48,765 bases of DNA from Chloroflexota bacterium (lineage in GTDB: Bacteria; Chloroflexota; Dehalococcoidia; Lucifugimonadales; G022566795): NCBI GenBank assembly GCA_022566795.1, contig JADFIF010000005.1:1-48765 (forward strand), in the 5' to 3' direction. A program made the position numbers and the translations under genes. The notes beneath the pieces are model-generated. The model did no database searches. It worked only from the letters and a program-made list of their open reading frames with translations, and had not been told where the DNA came from. Shown piece by piece: positions 35,968-45,120 of the stretch; position 1 is the stretch's first letter; every line of letters starts with the position of its first letter.

Positions 35968-36423
35968 ATGACATTGTCTTCGGCACTGGTTGCCGTGCGA
36001 GGCGTCAAGTGCGACGATGACGTGGTTCGATTAGCTTGCGAGCTACTTAGCGCCAAGAAGGGCAAGCTCTATATTCTCCATGTGATAGAGGTGGAGCGAG
36101 GGCTGCCGGTGGACGCCGAGATAGATCTTGCCACGGCGCGAGGTGAGGAGGTTCTGAGCCATCTCGAGGAGGTAGCCGCGCATTACAAGTGCGAGATAGA
36201 CGCAGAGCTCATACAGGCGAGACACGCCGGCTCGGGTGTGGTTCAGGAGGCGGTCGAAAAAGCGGTCGACTCCATCGTTCTCGGGCTGCCGTATAGAGAG
36301 CGATACGGCTCGTTTTCGATGGGCAACACGATTCCCTATGTGCTGAAGAACGCCCCCTGTAGGGTGATCCTGTGGAGGGACCCAATGTGGGACCCCTCCA
36401 GCAACGGGCAGCTGAGTCGGTAG
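35968..36423 (+). CDS. Universal stress protein
   Basis: LV.V.G, LHVIEV, V..A......IVLG, G.T..YVLKNAPCRV. Confidence 0.88.
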   Translation: MTLSSALVAVRGVKCDDDVVRLACELLSAKKGKLYILHVIEVERGLPVDAEIDLATARGEEVLSHLEEVAAHYKCEIDAELIQARHAGSGVVQEAVEKAVDSIVLGLPYRERYGSFSMGNTIPYVLKNAPCRVILWRDPMWDPSSNGQLSR

Positions 36424-36460
36424 GCTCGGGGCCCGCTAAGGCGTACGACCTACTCCCAAC

Positions 36461-36907
36461 ATGCGCGCTTCAACCAACGAGACCGACGCCCGGACGAAGC
36501 TCGTGGTCATCATGGGGGCAGGACGGGTTGGCCTGTCCGCGGCGGTCTCGCTCTCGGACGAGGGGCATACGGTCCACCTGTTGGACTTGTCCGAAGGCGC
36601 GTTCGAGCTGGTGCCGCAGGGCAAAGTTGAAGACGGGCAGATCGTGCCTATGGTTGGCGACGGCACTCTCGAGAAGGACCTGCGGAGGGCGATGACCCAG
36701 GATGCCGACGTCTTCATAGCGGTGTCACGCAAGGACGCGAGCAATGCGATGGCCGCCCAGATGGCGAAGCACGTATTTCGGGTGTCCACCGTCATTTGCA
36801 GGATAAACGACCCAACTCGTAAGGAGATGTACAGTCAGCTGGGCCTGGTTACAATCAGCGCGACGAGAATGGTCACCGACATGGTGCTGGACGCCTCACG
36901 CGCCTAG
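36461..36907 (+). CDS. Stand-alone TrkA_N (RCK_N) protein
   Basis: VIMGAGRVG, GDGT...L..A....AD.FIAV...D..N.M.AQ.AK; no RCK_C. Confidence 0.85.
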   Translation: MRASTNETDARTKLVVIMGAGRVGLSAAVSLSDEGHTVHLLDLSEGAFELVPQGKVEDGQIVPMVGDGTLEKDLRRAMTQDADVFIAVSRKDASNAMAAQMAKHVFRVSTVICRINDPTRKEMYSQLGLVTISATRMVTDMVLDASRA

Positions 36908-36913
36908 CAGCGA

Positions 36914-37333
36914 ATGTACTTCGTCATAGTCGGGACAGGACGCGTCGGCGGCTCGCTGGCCAGGTGGTTGGTCGCGGCGGGTCACGAGGTGTCCACCGTC
37001 GACATCTGCCCTGCCAGATGCGCGGAGCTCGACGACGAGTTGGGCAGCGTCTCGGTCTTGGGCGACGGCACCGAAGCCGGGATTCTTGCCCGGGCGGGAG
37101 CCAACAGGGCCGACGTCTTTGTGGCCGCGACCGGGAGCGACGAGGACAACCTGGCGGCGTGTCAGCTTGCCCGCCACCGGTTCGGGGCTACTCGCACTGC
37201 GGCACTAGTCCACATCCCCGAGCACGAGCGGCTGTTCAATCTCCTGGGGATCGATATCTGCATCAACACGACGGCGCTTGTCGTGGTGAAGATCGAGGAT
37301 ATCCTCAGTGGACTATTCGTCGATGAAGGGTAA
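36914..37333 (+). CDS. Stand-alone TrkA_N (RCK_N) protein
   Basis: IVGTGRVG, GDGTE...L..AG..RADVFVA.TG.DEDNL.ACQLA. Confidence 0.87.
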   Translation: MYFVIVGTGRVGGSLARWLVAAGHEVSTVDICPARCAELDDELGSVSVLGDGTEAGILARAGANRADVFVAATGSDEDNLAACQLARHRFGATRTAALVHIPEHERLFNLLGIDICINTTALVVVKIEDILSGLFVDEG

Positions 37334-37340
37334 GTCGGGC

Positions 37341-38177
37341 ATGACCAAGCGCCTTGCCTATCTGGGTCCCCCGGGCACCTACTCTGAGCAGGCGGCCCTT
37401 GCCCATGACGCAGAGGCCGAGCTGTTGCCGTTCCCCTCCTTCGCCTCCGCCGCCGCGGCCGTCGACTCCGGAGGGGCCGATCAGGCCGTCCTTCCGATCG
37501 AAAACAGCCTCGAAGGGGCCGTCACCGATACCCTCGACGTGCTGATCCACCAGTCGCACCTCTTCATTCGAAACGAGATCGTTGTCCCGATACACCACTG
37601 CCTGGTGATCGAGGCCGACGCCGACGCCGATCAGATAGAGGTCATCTACTCGCACCCGCAGTCGCTGGCCCAGTGCCGCCGATTCCTCGAGAAGCGCTTC
37701 CCCGGTATAGGGCAGGTCGCGTCGCTGAGCAACTCGGCGGCGGTGGAGGACATGCAGAAGAGCACACTACGCGCCGCGGCTATCGCTCCGGAGCGGGCCG
37801 CAGAAATCTACGGCGCCAGGGTCGTGGAGCGCGGCGTGCAGGACGACCCCAACAACCTCACGCGGTTTGTGGTGCTGGCGACGTCCGATCACCCTAGGAC
37901 AGGGGCCGACAAGACTTCGATCTGCTTTGACTTTGGTGACGACGCGCCGGGTATCCTACACGCGGTCCTCGGTGAATTCTCAAGCCGCGGCATCAACCTG
38001 TCGAAGATCGAGAGCCGCCCCACCAGGCGGACCCTGGGCCGCTACATCTTCCTCGTTGACGTGGAGGGTCATCGCGAAGACCCGCTCATGGCAGAGGCGT
38101 TGGCGAGCGTCGAGGCCCAGGTATCGACGTTCAAGGTCTTTGGCTCTTACCCGATGCACGTATCTTCGGCGGTCTGA
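37341..38177 (+). CDS. pheA: Prephenate dehydratase
   Basis: AYLGPPGTYSEQAA, PIENS.EG, SHPQ.LAQC, N.TRF, INLSKIESRP; ATG 37341. Confidence 0.96.
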   Translation: MTKRLAYLGPPGTYSEQAALAHDAEAELLPFPSFASAAAAVDSGGADQAVLPIENSLEGAVTDTLDVLIHQSHLFIRNEIVVPIHHCLVIEADADADQIEVIYSHPQSLAQCRRFLEKRFPGIGQVASLSNSAAVEDMQKSTLRAAAIAPERAAEIYGARVVERGVQDDPNNLTRFVVLATSDHPRTGADKTSICFDFGDDAPGILHAVLGEFSSRGINLSKIESRPTRRTLGRYIFLVDVEGHREDPLMAEALASVEAQVSTFKVFGSYPMHVSSAV

Positions 38178-38285
38178 AACGGGCGAGAGCGATTCAGAGC
38201 CGCTATCAGGGCTCGAATTCGTGCGCGCAGGCACACCTGCGTGCGCGTGCGGTCTTCAGATGACCACCCAAGGACCGAGCGAGGT

Positions 38286-38789
38286 TTAGGCCTGCTTATC
38301 CTCTGGGTTCTGCTGCGGGGTTTCGCTGCCGTCCACCCCATCGGTGGTGCCATCAGTGGCGCCGTCGATGCTGTCAGGCTCCAGGATGTCCCGACCACCA
38401 CCACCTATCCGAGAGGCGACCTGCTCCATTACTGGGCCGACGCGCTCCCGCATCGACTCGACCGCCGGATTAACCCTCTGGCGCACAGACGCCACGGCTG
38501 GGTTCACGCGCTCACGGATGGTCTCCACCGCCGGGTTGATCCGCTCTCGAACACTGTCGACCGTCGGCCGAACGCGCTCCCGCACATTCTCGACGGTCGG
38601 CGACATGCGCTGGCGCATCACCGCTGCCATCTCCTCGGCGCGCGACCGCCATGCCTCGCTCCGGTCGCTCAGGTCGGCGCGCATCTCAGCGCCGGCGCGT
38701 GGCGCGAGCATAATCCCAATCACCGCTCCAACCATACCGCCGACCAGGAAGCCCAATGCGAAGGAGCCCCCGCCATCGTCGTTAGCCAT
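38286..38789 (-). CDS. YtxH-domain protein with 11-residue amphipathic repeats
   Basis: F..GF..GG..GA..G..LAP..G.E.R..L N-terminus; six R[VIM].P.VE..RE-like units. Confidence 0.82.
   Translation of the reverse strand: MANDDGGGSFALGFLVGGMVGAVIGIMLAPRAGAEMRADLSDRSEAWRSRAEEMAAVMRQRMSPTVENVRERVRPTVDSVRERINPAVETIRERVNPAVASVRQRVNPAVESMRERVGPVMEQVASRIGGGGRDILEPDSIDGATDGTTDGVDGSETPQQNPEDKQA
38412..38609. repeat. 33-bp (11-aa) degenerate tandem repeat, 6 units
   Basis: RMSPTVENVRE RVRPTVDSVRE RINPAVETIRE RVNPAVASVRQ RVNPAVESMRE RVGPVMEQVAS. Confidence 0.85.
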
Positions 38790-39075
38790 TGTTGCCCCCT
38801 TGTTTCTTCTTTCGCCTGCTCAATCCCGAGATGAACGCCAGAATCTTTCCGGCCCCAAAAGCTACCCCCGAGCCAGCCGTAGCCGGCTTTACCAGACTGC
38901 CTGAGACGGTCGACATCATGTCCTCTACGCCCTTGGCGGTTCGCTTCGCAGAGTTCAGAACAGCCGACACCTTGCGGACGAGAACAACGCCCATCACCAG
39001 CGTCACTAGCAGCAGCACGATGAACGCGATGTCCCTGATCACCGCGATAATTTCCGCAGCGTCAGTGAAGGTCAA
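38782..39075 (-). CDS. Small membrane protein (YtxG/DUF948-like)
   Basis: N-terminal TM helix plus coiled coil and basic tail; overlaps the ytxH-like start. Confidence 0.65.
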   Translation of the reverse strand: MTFTDAAEIIAVIRDIAFIVLLLVTLVMGVVLVRKVSAVLNSAKRTAKGVEDMMSTVSGSLVKPATAGSGVAFGAGKILAFISGLSRRKKKQGGNNG

Positions 39076-39273
39076 GCGAGCTCCCGTCCGATAACACTAT
39101 CGTATCATGTTGATTTTCGAAGTCGCAAGCTGCACTCGTCCGCGTTCGACAACCTGCCTGCGACAGCACGAAAGCCGTGGTATGTAGCATGCGGGCTTCC
39201 GCAGGATAGACGCTACGACCCGCAATGCATAGATCTAGCTGAGGGGAAGACTCCTGCCCTATCTGGGTTAAGG

Positions 39274-40278
39274 TTAGGGGCGAATCAGTATCCTCACAGA
39301 CCCGCTGGGATCTTTGCGCTGCGTCAAGACGCTGTGATTGCCCTTCTCGGCCCATACGATGACGTCGTAGGTGTTGAGGACATCGGGGATAATCACTTCA
39401 ATGAAGGCCTCGCGGTCCTTTTCTACCTGGCCACTGAGGGCGGCTATGATTCCGGCGCACGTCTTGCCAGTTCCATCGATGACGACCCAGCCATTGCTGG
39501 ACTCACCGGACCCGCTGGTGGCCTCGGCCCCGTTGCCGGGGGCGAGGGTTGAGGCGTACACGTCGATCGCCCCGGTCTGCCGCATCTCGAGCTGCCGCTT
39601 GAACTCGGCCACTGCGTCGCGGTGCACGCCGGACGTGCGGTCCCCCTTCTGGCAGACGGCGCCACGGACCCCGACGATGTCAGGATTGATCCTCGCCAGC
39701 TCGTCGAGGTCACTTATCCGTAGATGGCCAGACAGGGCCGTGCTCATGCCCAGCTCTTTGCCCTCGAAAACCATGTCTCGAAGCTCGGGCTCGGTCAGGA
39801 AGTCGAACAGGTTCCGTCCGTCCTTCGTTAGCGTGTCGATAAGATAGCCGTCGCATTGGCCTTCATGAGCCAGCTTAACCGTGAGGTGAGGGTCCAGACC
39901 GTCGTAGAGCGGATTGTCGGCGAACAACGAGCCGATGAGCTTCGTTTCGAATCCATCGAGCGCCTGCTTGGCCGCCAGCAGCGTCTCGACAGCGTAATCG
40001 TACTCCGTGTTCATGAATCCGACTTTGACCGACGTCGCCTTGAGGACGCCGGCGGTATAGGCGGCCATGGCCACTGTCCCGATCTGGTTCGGTACTACTC
40101 CCAGCGTCACACTGGTATGTCGGTCCAGCGGGATCGCTTCTCGAACGTCTCGCACGATATGGGGATGCGCAGAGCCCACCAGGGCCTCCTGGAGGTTCTT
40201 CACGTCGACGATGTCCGCTCCGCCCTCAAGAGCCTCGATAGACTCCGGCAGATTCTGGACACTTACCATCAAAATCAT
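39274..40278 (-). CDS. mfnB: (5-formylfuran-3-yl)methyl phosphate synthase-like protein (MfnB/DUF556) with a C-terminal TusA/SirA-like domain
   Basis: L.VSV....E..EA..GGADIVDVKN..E, VKVG, IDT..KDG..LFDF, AL.G.L, PDIVGVRGAVC; extra 71-aa domain VIDGTGKTC. Confidence 0.8.
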   Translation of the reverse strand: MILMVSVQNLPESIEALEGGADIVDVKNLQEALVGSAHPHIVRDVREAIPLDRHTSVTLGVVPNQIGTVAMAAYTAGVLKATSVKVGFMNTEYDYAVETLLAAKQALDGFETKLIGSLFADNPLYDGLDPHLTVKLAHEGQCDGYLIDTLTKDGRNLFDFLTEPELRDMVFEGKELGMSTALSGHLRISDLDELARINPDIVGVRGAVCQKGDRTSGVHRDAVAEFKRQLEMRQTGAIDVYASTLAPGNGAEATSGSGESSNGWVVIDGTGKTCAGIIAALSGQVEKDREAFIEVIIPDVLNTYDVIVWAEKGNHSVLTQRKDPSGSVRILIRP

Positions 40279-40302
40279 CGCAGATCACCCATAAAGAGTA
40301 GA

Positions 40303-41268
40303 CTAGGCCCGGACGGCCTCGATGTCCTTCTTCAACTCGCGCTTCTCGTCGTCGGTCAGGTCCGAGAGCGGAGGCCTCACGTGACCTCCGGCCATGCCCA
40401 TCAGCTCGCCCCAGTACTTGCAAAGAGGCGCCGGCAGGGCGCCCTTCTGCTTCTGCACGATGCGGGTCCACCACTTGTCAGACACCTGTTTGATGGGCTT
40501 GATCTTTTCGTCGTAAAAATCGTCGTCCAGGTCTCCGCGCATGGCCTTGTCGATGAACTGGACGTAGTAGTTCTCGTCGGGCGTGTCGAACCGCCAGTCC
40601 GACGTGTTGGCGAACATCACCTGCTGCTCGAAGCCGAGCTCTCGACCCTTGAACAGTATCCACTCGTCCGGCGTGCTGATGATCGAATCCCGGCCGATGA
40701 GTTGGTGGGTCTCTATCGACAGCTCCTGATTGAAGCTGGCCTCTTTCACGCCTACGACACTGGGTATCCGGCAGATCTGCGCGAGGCCTTGAGCGCTCAT
40801 GACGATGCCAAACTGCGGCGAGTTGTAGAACATGATGGCCAGCGGCGTGCCTTCGGCGAGCATCCTCACCCAGTCTACCACCTGTTGCTCGGTCTTGGTG
40901 ACGATGTATGGCGCGGCCACGATGAGCAGGTCGAAGCCGACCTCGTTGGCGTGCTCGGCCAGCGCGAGCATCGACTTGGCGGATGTGTGGGTCACGTGGG
41001 CCGCGATAGGCCACTCGCCGTTCGCCTCCTCGGAGACCAAATCGTACACGCGGGTGCGCTCCTCGTGGGTTAGGCTCCAGAACTCGCCCATGCCCCAGGT
41101 GCAGCCGCCGCCCTGTGTGCCGAGCGATCGGATGTGGCGGACATTTCCGCGAAGTCCATCCTCGTCCAACTCGTCGTCCGGCGTGAACGGCGTCATGATT
41201 GTGGTCCACTGGCCGCGTAGGTTTTCCCGCGCCCAGTCCATGGCTTCGCTTTTCGAGTATTCGGCCAC
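40303..41268 (-). CDS. Dihydrodipicolinate synthase-family aldolase (non-canonical)
   Basis: TPF..D.ELDEDGLR.N, GEFWSLT.EER, APY, MFYN, VGVKE (Schiff-base Lys), VRPPL. Confidence 0.85.
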   Translation of the reverse strand: MAEYSKSEAMDWARENLRGQWTTIMTPFTPDDELDEDGLRGNVRHIRSLGTQGGGCTWGMGEFWSLTHEERTRVYDLVSEEANGEWPIAAHVTHTSAKSMLALAEHANEVGFDLLIVAAPYIVTKTEQQVVDWVRMLAEGTPLAIMFYNSPQFGIVMSAQGLAQICRIPSVVGVKEASFNQELSIETHQLIGRDSIISTPDEWILFKGRELGFEQQVMFANTSDWRFDTPDENYYVQFIDKAMRGDLDDDFYDEKIKPIKQVSDKWWTRIVQKQKGALPAPLCKYWGELMGMAGGHVRPPLSDLTDDEKRELKKDIEAVRA

Positions 41269-41304
41269 TTCGTATCTCCTGTAGGGGCCTGTTCAGCGAA
41301 AAAT

Positions 41305-41332
41305 ATCATACCATGGTGGGGGTGCGTGTCAA
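41305..41332 (-). promoter_or_regulatory. Sigma70 promoter for the aldolase-mfnB pair
   Basis: TTGACA-N16-TATGAT with extended TG. Confidence 0.7.
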
Positions 41333-41454
41333 CCGAAATGGCGGGTCGCAAAGAGAGGTTTCGGGCGCAGGGAAACCGGAGACAGCGGCTCGCCGCGAGG
41401 CTGCTCCCAGGCTACTCAAGGGTGGACGCCCCAGACCGACGAGGCCCCCAGGGG

Positions 41455-42699
41455 CTACCTGTCGTCCCCCATCCTGAACAGCTCTTCGAGCGCCTGAAGC
41501 TGCGACTTGTCGGCATCCTGTCGCAGGTACTTGGTGGGCTGGTGGAGGAGCTTCTTGACGATGGATCTTGTCAGGGCCTCGACCACCTCGCGGTCGTTGG
41601 CTGAGATATCGGTCAGCCTGCGTAACGCGCGCTCCAGCTCTCGCTTCCGAATCTGCTCGGCCTGCTGCTGGAGGGTTTTTATGACGGGCACGGCGTCCAG
41701 GCCATCCCACCACTTGAGGAATCGCGCGACCTCTTCATCGACGATGGCTTCGGCGTCGGTCGCTGCCCGGTGCCGCTCCTCGAGGTTCTCCTCGGCTATC
41801 GACGCTAGGCCGTCGATATTGAAGAGGGTCGTTCCCTTGAGCTCCTCGACTCGAGGGTCGACGTCCCGCGGCATCGCAAGGTCGAAGAAGAACTGCGGTT
41901 GGACTCTGCCCGAGTTGGACACCATGTCCGGCGTAACGATGAAGCCGGGGGAGTCGGTTGCCGCAATGACGATATCCGCGTCCGCGAGCGCGGCGGGTAT
42001 CTCCGAGAACAGGGCTACTCTGGCTCCGAGGGACTCGGAGAGCTCGTAGGCCCGTTCCTTGGTACGGTTGGATACGACGAGGTCGCTGACTCCCACGGTT
42101 CTGAGGGCGCTCGCCACCAGCCTGCCCGCTTCCCCGGCGCCGATGAGCAGCACCTTCAGGGGTCTCAGGTCTCCCAGGACCCTCTGCGCCAGACGCACTC
42201 CCGCGTAGCTTACCGATAGCGCATTGCGACCGACGTCTGTCTCCTCGCGCACGCGGCGCCCTGCCCGAACACCGGCGTGGAACAGGCCCACCAGCGGTAA
42301 CTCCGCGGACTCGTGCTCCGTCGCCGCCGCCAGCGAATCGCGGACCTGCCCAAGAATCTGCGATTCGCCTACGATCATCGAGTCGAGTCCACCCGCCACC
42401 CTGAACAGGTGGCGCACGGCCTCGCCATCGATGTAGTCGTAGAGATGGGGGGCAAGATCTTCGGTCCGCAAGCCGTGGAACTCGGCCAGGAAGACCTTGA
42501 CCTGCTGGAGCGCGGCCGCAGGCTCGTCGGAAACCGAGTACACCTCGGTGCGGTTGCACGTAGAGAGGATGACTCCCTCACCGACCCGGCTCTTCAGAGC
42601 CGGCAGCGCCTCGGCGAGGTGTTCTTTGGGGAAGGCAACGCTCTCCCGGACCTGGAGCGGCGCGGTCTTGTGGTTCAGCCCAACTAGCAGGATGTGCAT
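41455..42699 (-). CDS. hemA: Glutamyl-tRNA reductase
   Basis: GLNHKTAP..VRE, LSTCNRTE, GLDSMIVGESQILGQV, IGAGE, DLAMPRD; ATG 42699. Confidence 0.97.
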   Translation of the reverse strand: MHILLVGLNHKTAPLQVRESVAFPKEHLAEALPALKSRVGEGVILSTCNRTEVYSVSDEPAAALQQVKVFLAEFHGLRTEDLAPHLYDYIDGEAVRHLFRVAGGLDSMIVGESQILGQVRDSLAAATEHESAELPLVGLFHAGVRAGRRVREETDVGRNALSVSYAGVRLAQRVLGDLRPLKVLLIGAGEAGRLVASALRTVGVSDLVVSNRTKERAYELSESLGARVALFSEIPAALADADIVIAATDSPGFIVTPDMVSNSGRVQPQFFFDLAMPRDVDPRVEELKGTTLFNIDGLASIAEENLEERHRAATDAEAIVDEEVARFLKWWDGLDAVPVIKTLQQQAEQIRKRELERALRRLTDISANDREVVEALTRSIVKKLLHQPTKYLRQDADKSQLQALEELFRMGDDR

Positions 42700-42992
42700 C
42701 GAGAGGTCGCGACCCTCTGGCTGCAATGCAGCCGACCCGGGTGTGGTTGCAGGCCGGAAAAACTCTGGTCTTCGTTCACAATCTTACTACGTCGCGCTCA
42801 TTGACAACAGTGCCTCCGCTACTGAGCACCGGAGCTGGACTGGACATCGCGGAATAGGCTATCCGAGCCTCCGCGATCAAGCTCTTCTGCTCGGTCTGCG
42901 GACGAAGGGCACGATTGGACCGATGTAGAGCCGGGGGAGTAACGGAGTGGGGCGACGCCACTATGCGGTGAGCCTGACGGGGTCCCTGGAAC

Positions 42993-43025
42993 AAAAGTGT
43001 GCCCCTCTCCCGGTAAGAAAGGGGC
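42993..43025 (-). terminator. Possible terminator downstream of rpmB
   Basis: gcccctttc-ttaccgg-gagaggggc stem followed by acactttt on the minus strand. Confidence 0.35.
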
Positions 43026-43102
43026 GAGGCGGATGCTCGGAAGCGTCTTCGGCACTCTGCTGGAGGCGCGCGCTTGCGGACCTGAGTCGCCCTGGCGGCA
43101 TG

Positions 43103-43294
43103 CTAGCCCTTGACGGCGGTTTTGTACTGGGTGCGGAGACAACGCGTGCATATCTTCACTCGCCGCGGTGCTCCGCCAAGGTTTATGGTGGCCCTATGAA
43201 CGTTCGCAAACCAACGCGTCCTCGTTCGGCGCTTCGAGTGGCTCACGTTGTTCCCGGACTGGCCCGCCTTCAAACAGATCTCACATCTGGCCAT
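43103..43294 (-). CDS. rpmB: 50S ribosomal protein L28
   Basis: C.IC.K....GNNVSHS..RT...W..N, C..CLR. Confidence 0.96.
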   Translation of the reverse strand: MARCEICLKAGQSGNNVSHSKRRTRTRWFANVHRATINLGGAPRRVKICTRCLRTQYKTAVKG

Positions 43295-43436
43295 GTCTTA
43301 CCTTTGACTGCCCCTAGCCGGTTCAGTAGAATCCATTGCAGAGGCCCTAACCCGCCAGGCGGGTGCCGGACGGCTCCCTAGGCCGTCTTGTTAACGTAGC
43401 ATAGGGCGCTGGATTCGGCAACGGTGAACCGGGCCA

Positions 43437-45110
43437 ATGATGAGTGCTCCGAGCGATATGACCAGGCTCGATGGCAATGACCTCCGAGAGATGTTCTCGG
43501 CGGCGCTTGGCCTGCTGGAGCACAACGCCCAGACTCTGAACGCGCTCAACGTCTTCCCTGTGCCCGACGGGGACACCGGGACCAATATGGTGCTGACGAT
43601 GCGGGAAGTCGTGGCCGCGGCGGAAGAGGTACAGGGCGCGAGTGCGGGACGGATGGCGGCGGCCATGTCGCGCGGGGCGTTGATGGGGGCGAGAGGCAAC
43701 AGCGGAGTTATTCTGAGCCAATTTTTCAAGGGCATTTCCCTTGGGCTCGACGGCGCGGATGACTTCGGTACTGCGGAGCTTGCGGCAGCTCTCGAGCTCG
43801 CCAGAGAGCACGCCTACAACGCCGTCGGCAAGCCTGTGGAGGGCACGCTGCTCACCGCGATCAGCAGCGTGGCGCGCGCGGCCGATGAGAGTGCGTCGGG
43901 CGGAAGCTCGGTCCACCAGATGTTCGACGCCATCTGCGAGGCCGCCGTCAAGGCGGTGGCTCTCACCCCCACGATGTTGCCCGTCCTTCGCGAGGCCGGG
44001 GTCGTCGATGCGGGCGCTCAAGGGCTCTCCGTCATCCTCGAGGGAGCCAGGCGCCACATTCATGGAGAGGACGTCTCCTCCGCGGAAGTGCCGCTGCCAG
44101 GGGCAGTCGGGCCGGACGCCCTGGGAGAGCTCGGCCCTGCGGCTGTCGTCGCGGAAGAGTTTCTCGAGGCGACCGAGGACGAGCTATATGGGTACTGCAC
44201 GCAATTCCTCGTCGAGGGGCACGACCTCGACCCAGACGCGGTCCGAGAGACGCTGAGGTCGATGGCGTTGTCCACTGTAGTCGTCGGAGACGCGGCCATG
44301 GTCAAGATCCATGCCCACGCCCACGATCCGGGCCCGCTCATCAGCCTGGGCGCTTCCCTCGGCTCGCTGAGCCAGGTGAAGATCGAGAGCATGGACGAGC
44401 AGCACCGCGAGTACTCGGTTGCCAGGAGACAGGAGTCTATCGCCGGCGAGGTTGCGCCGATCGCTGTCATCGCAGTCGCGTGGGGGGATGGGTTGGAGGC
44501 GGTCTTCACCGACCTGGGCGTATCGCAGGTGCTTAAGGCCGGAGATACGATGAATCCCAGCGTGCGAGACATCGTCGCGGCGGCGGAGTCAGCGCGGTCG
44601 GACAGCGTCATTTTTCTGCCGAACAACGGCAACATCGTCCCGGCGGCCGAGCAGGCCGCTGAGGTGTGCGACAAGCCGCTCATGGTCGTTCCCAGCGCCA
44701 CGATACCCCAGGGCATCGCCGCGATGATGGCCTTTAACGTCGAGAGCGACCTGGACCGCAACGTGGCCGAAATGGCGGAAATCTTGTCGACTGTCCAGAC
44801 AGGCGAGATCTGTAAGGCCGTCCGAGAGGTCCAGCTTAACGGGGTTGCCGTTCGCAAGGGTCAGATTATCGGCCTCCTCGACCGCGAGCTGAAGGCCGCG
44901 GGCGACGAGCCGAATGCCGTGCTCATGTCACTGCTCGAGGCCGCGGAGATCTCGCGTGGCGGCCTGGTAACGCTGTATTCAGGCAGCCCGTTGCCCGAGA
45001 CCGCCGCCGCCGCCGCTCGGAGCGCGGTCGAGGCCGCGTATCCCGAGATAGAGGTCGAGCTCGTCAGCGGCGGCCAGCCGCACTACCACTACATAGTGTC
45101 TATCGAGTAG
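43437..45110 (+). CDS. fakA: DAK2-domain fatty acid kinase catalytic subunit (FakA/YloV)
   Basis: LNALNVFPVPDGDTGTNM, GARGNSGVILSQ, GVVDAG, YGYCT, TMNPS, GGQPHY. Confidence 0.93.
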   Translation: MMSAPSDMTRLDGNDLREMFSAALGLLEHNAQTLNALNVFPVPDGDTGTNMVLTMREVVAAAEEVQGASAGRMAAAMSRGALMGARGNSGVILSQFFKGISLGLDGADDFGTAELAAALELAREHAYNAVGKPVEGTLLTAISSVARAADESASGGSSVHQMFDAICEAAVKAVALTPTMLPVLREAGVVDAGAQGLSVILEGARRHIHGEDVSSAEVPLPGAVGPDALGELGPAAVVAEEFLEATEDELYGYCTQFLVEGHDLDPDAVRETLRSMALSTVVVGDAAMVKIHAHAHDPGPLISLGASLGSLSQVKIESMDEQHREYSVARRQESIAGEVAPIAVIAVAWGDGLEAVFTDLGVSQVLKAGDTMNPSVRDIVAAAESARSDSVIFLPNNGNIVPAAEQAAEVCDKPLMVVPSATIPQGIAAMMAFNVESDLDRNVAEMAEILSTVQTGEICKAVREVQLNGVAVRKGQIIGLLDRELKAAGDEPNAVLMSLLEAAEISRGGLVTLYSGSPLPETAAAAARSAVEAAYPEIEVELVSGGQPHYHYIVSIE

Positions 45111-45120
45111 TATCTAGACC

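Noticed and set aside
40303-41268. Calling this gene dapA
   Set aside because: It lacks the GTTGE motif and is not linked to dapB/asd; more likely a different aldolase
42764-42781. Rex operator upstream of hemA
   Set aside because: Only one half-site (TTCACAA) matches TTGTGAA-N4-TTCACAA
43295-43436. Missing asp23-family gene between rpmB and the DAK2 gene
   Set aside because: The gap is too short for a remnant; its absence is ordinary lineage variation
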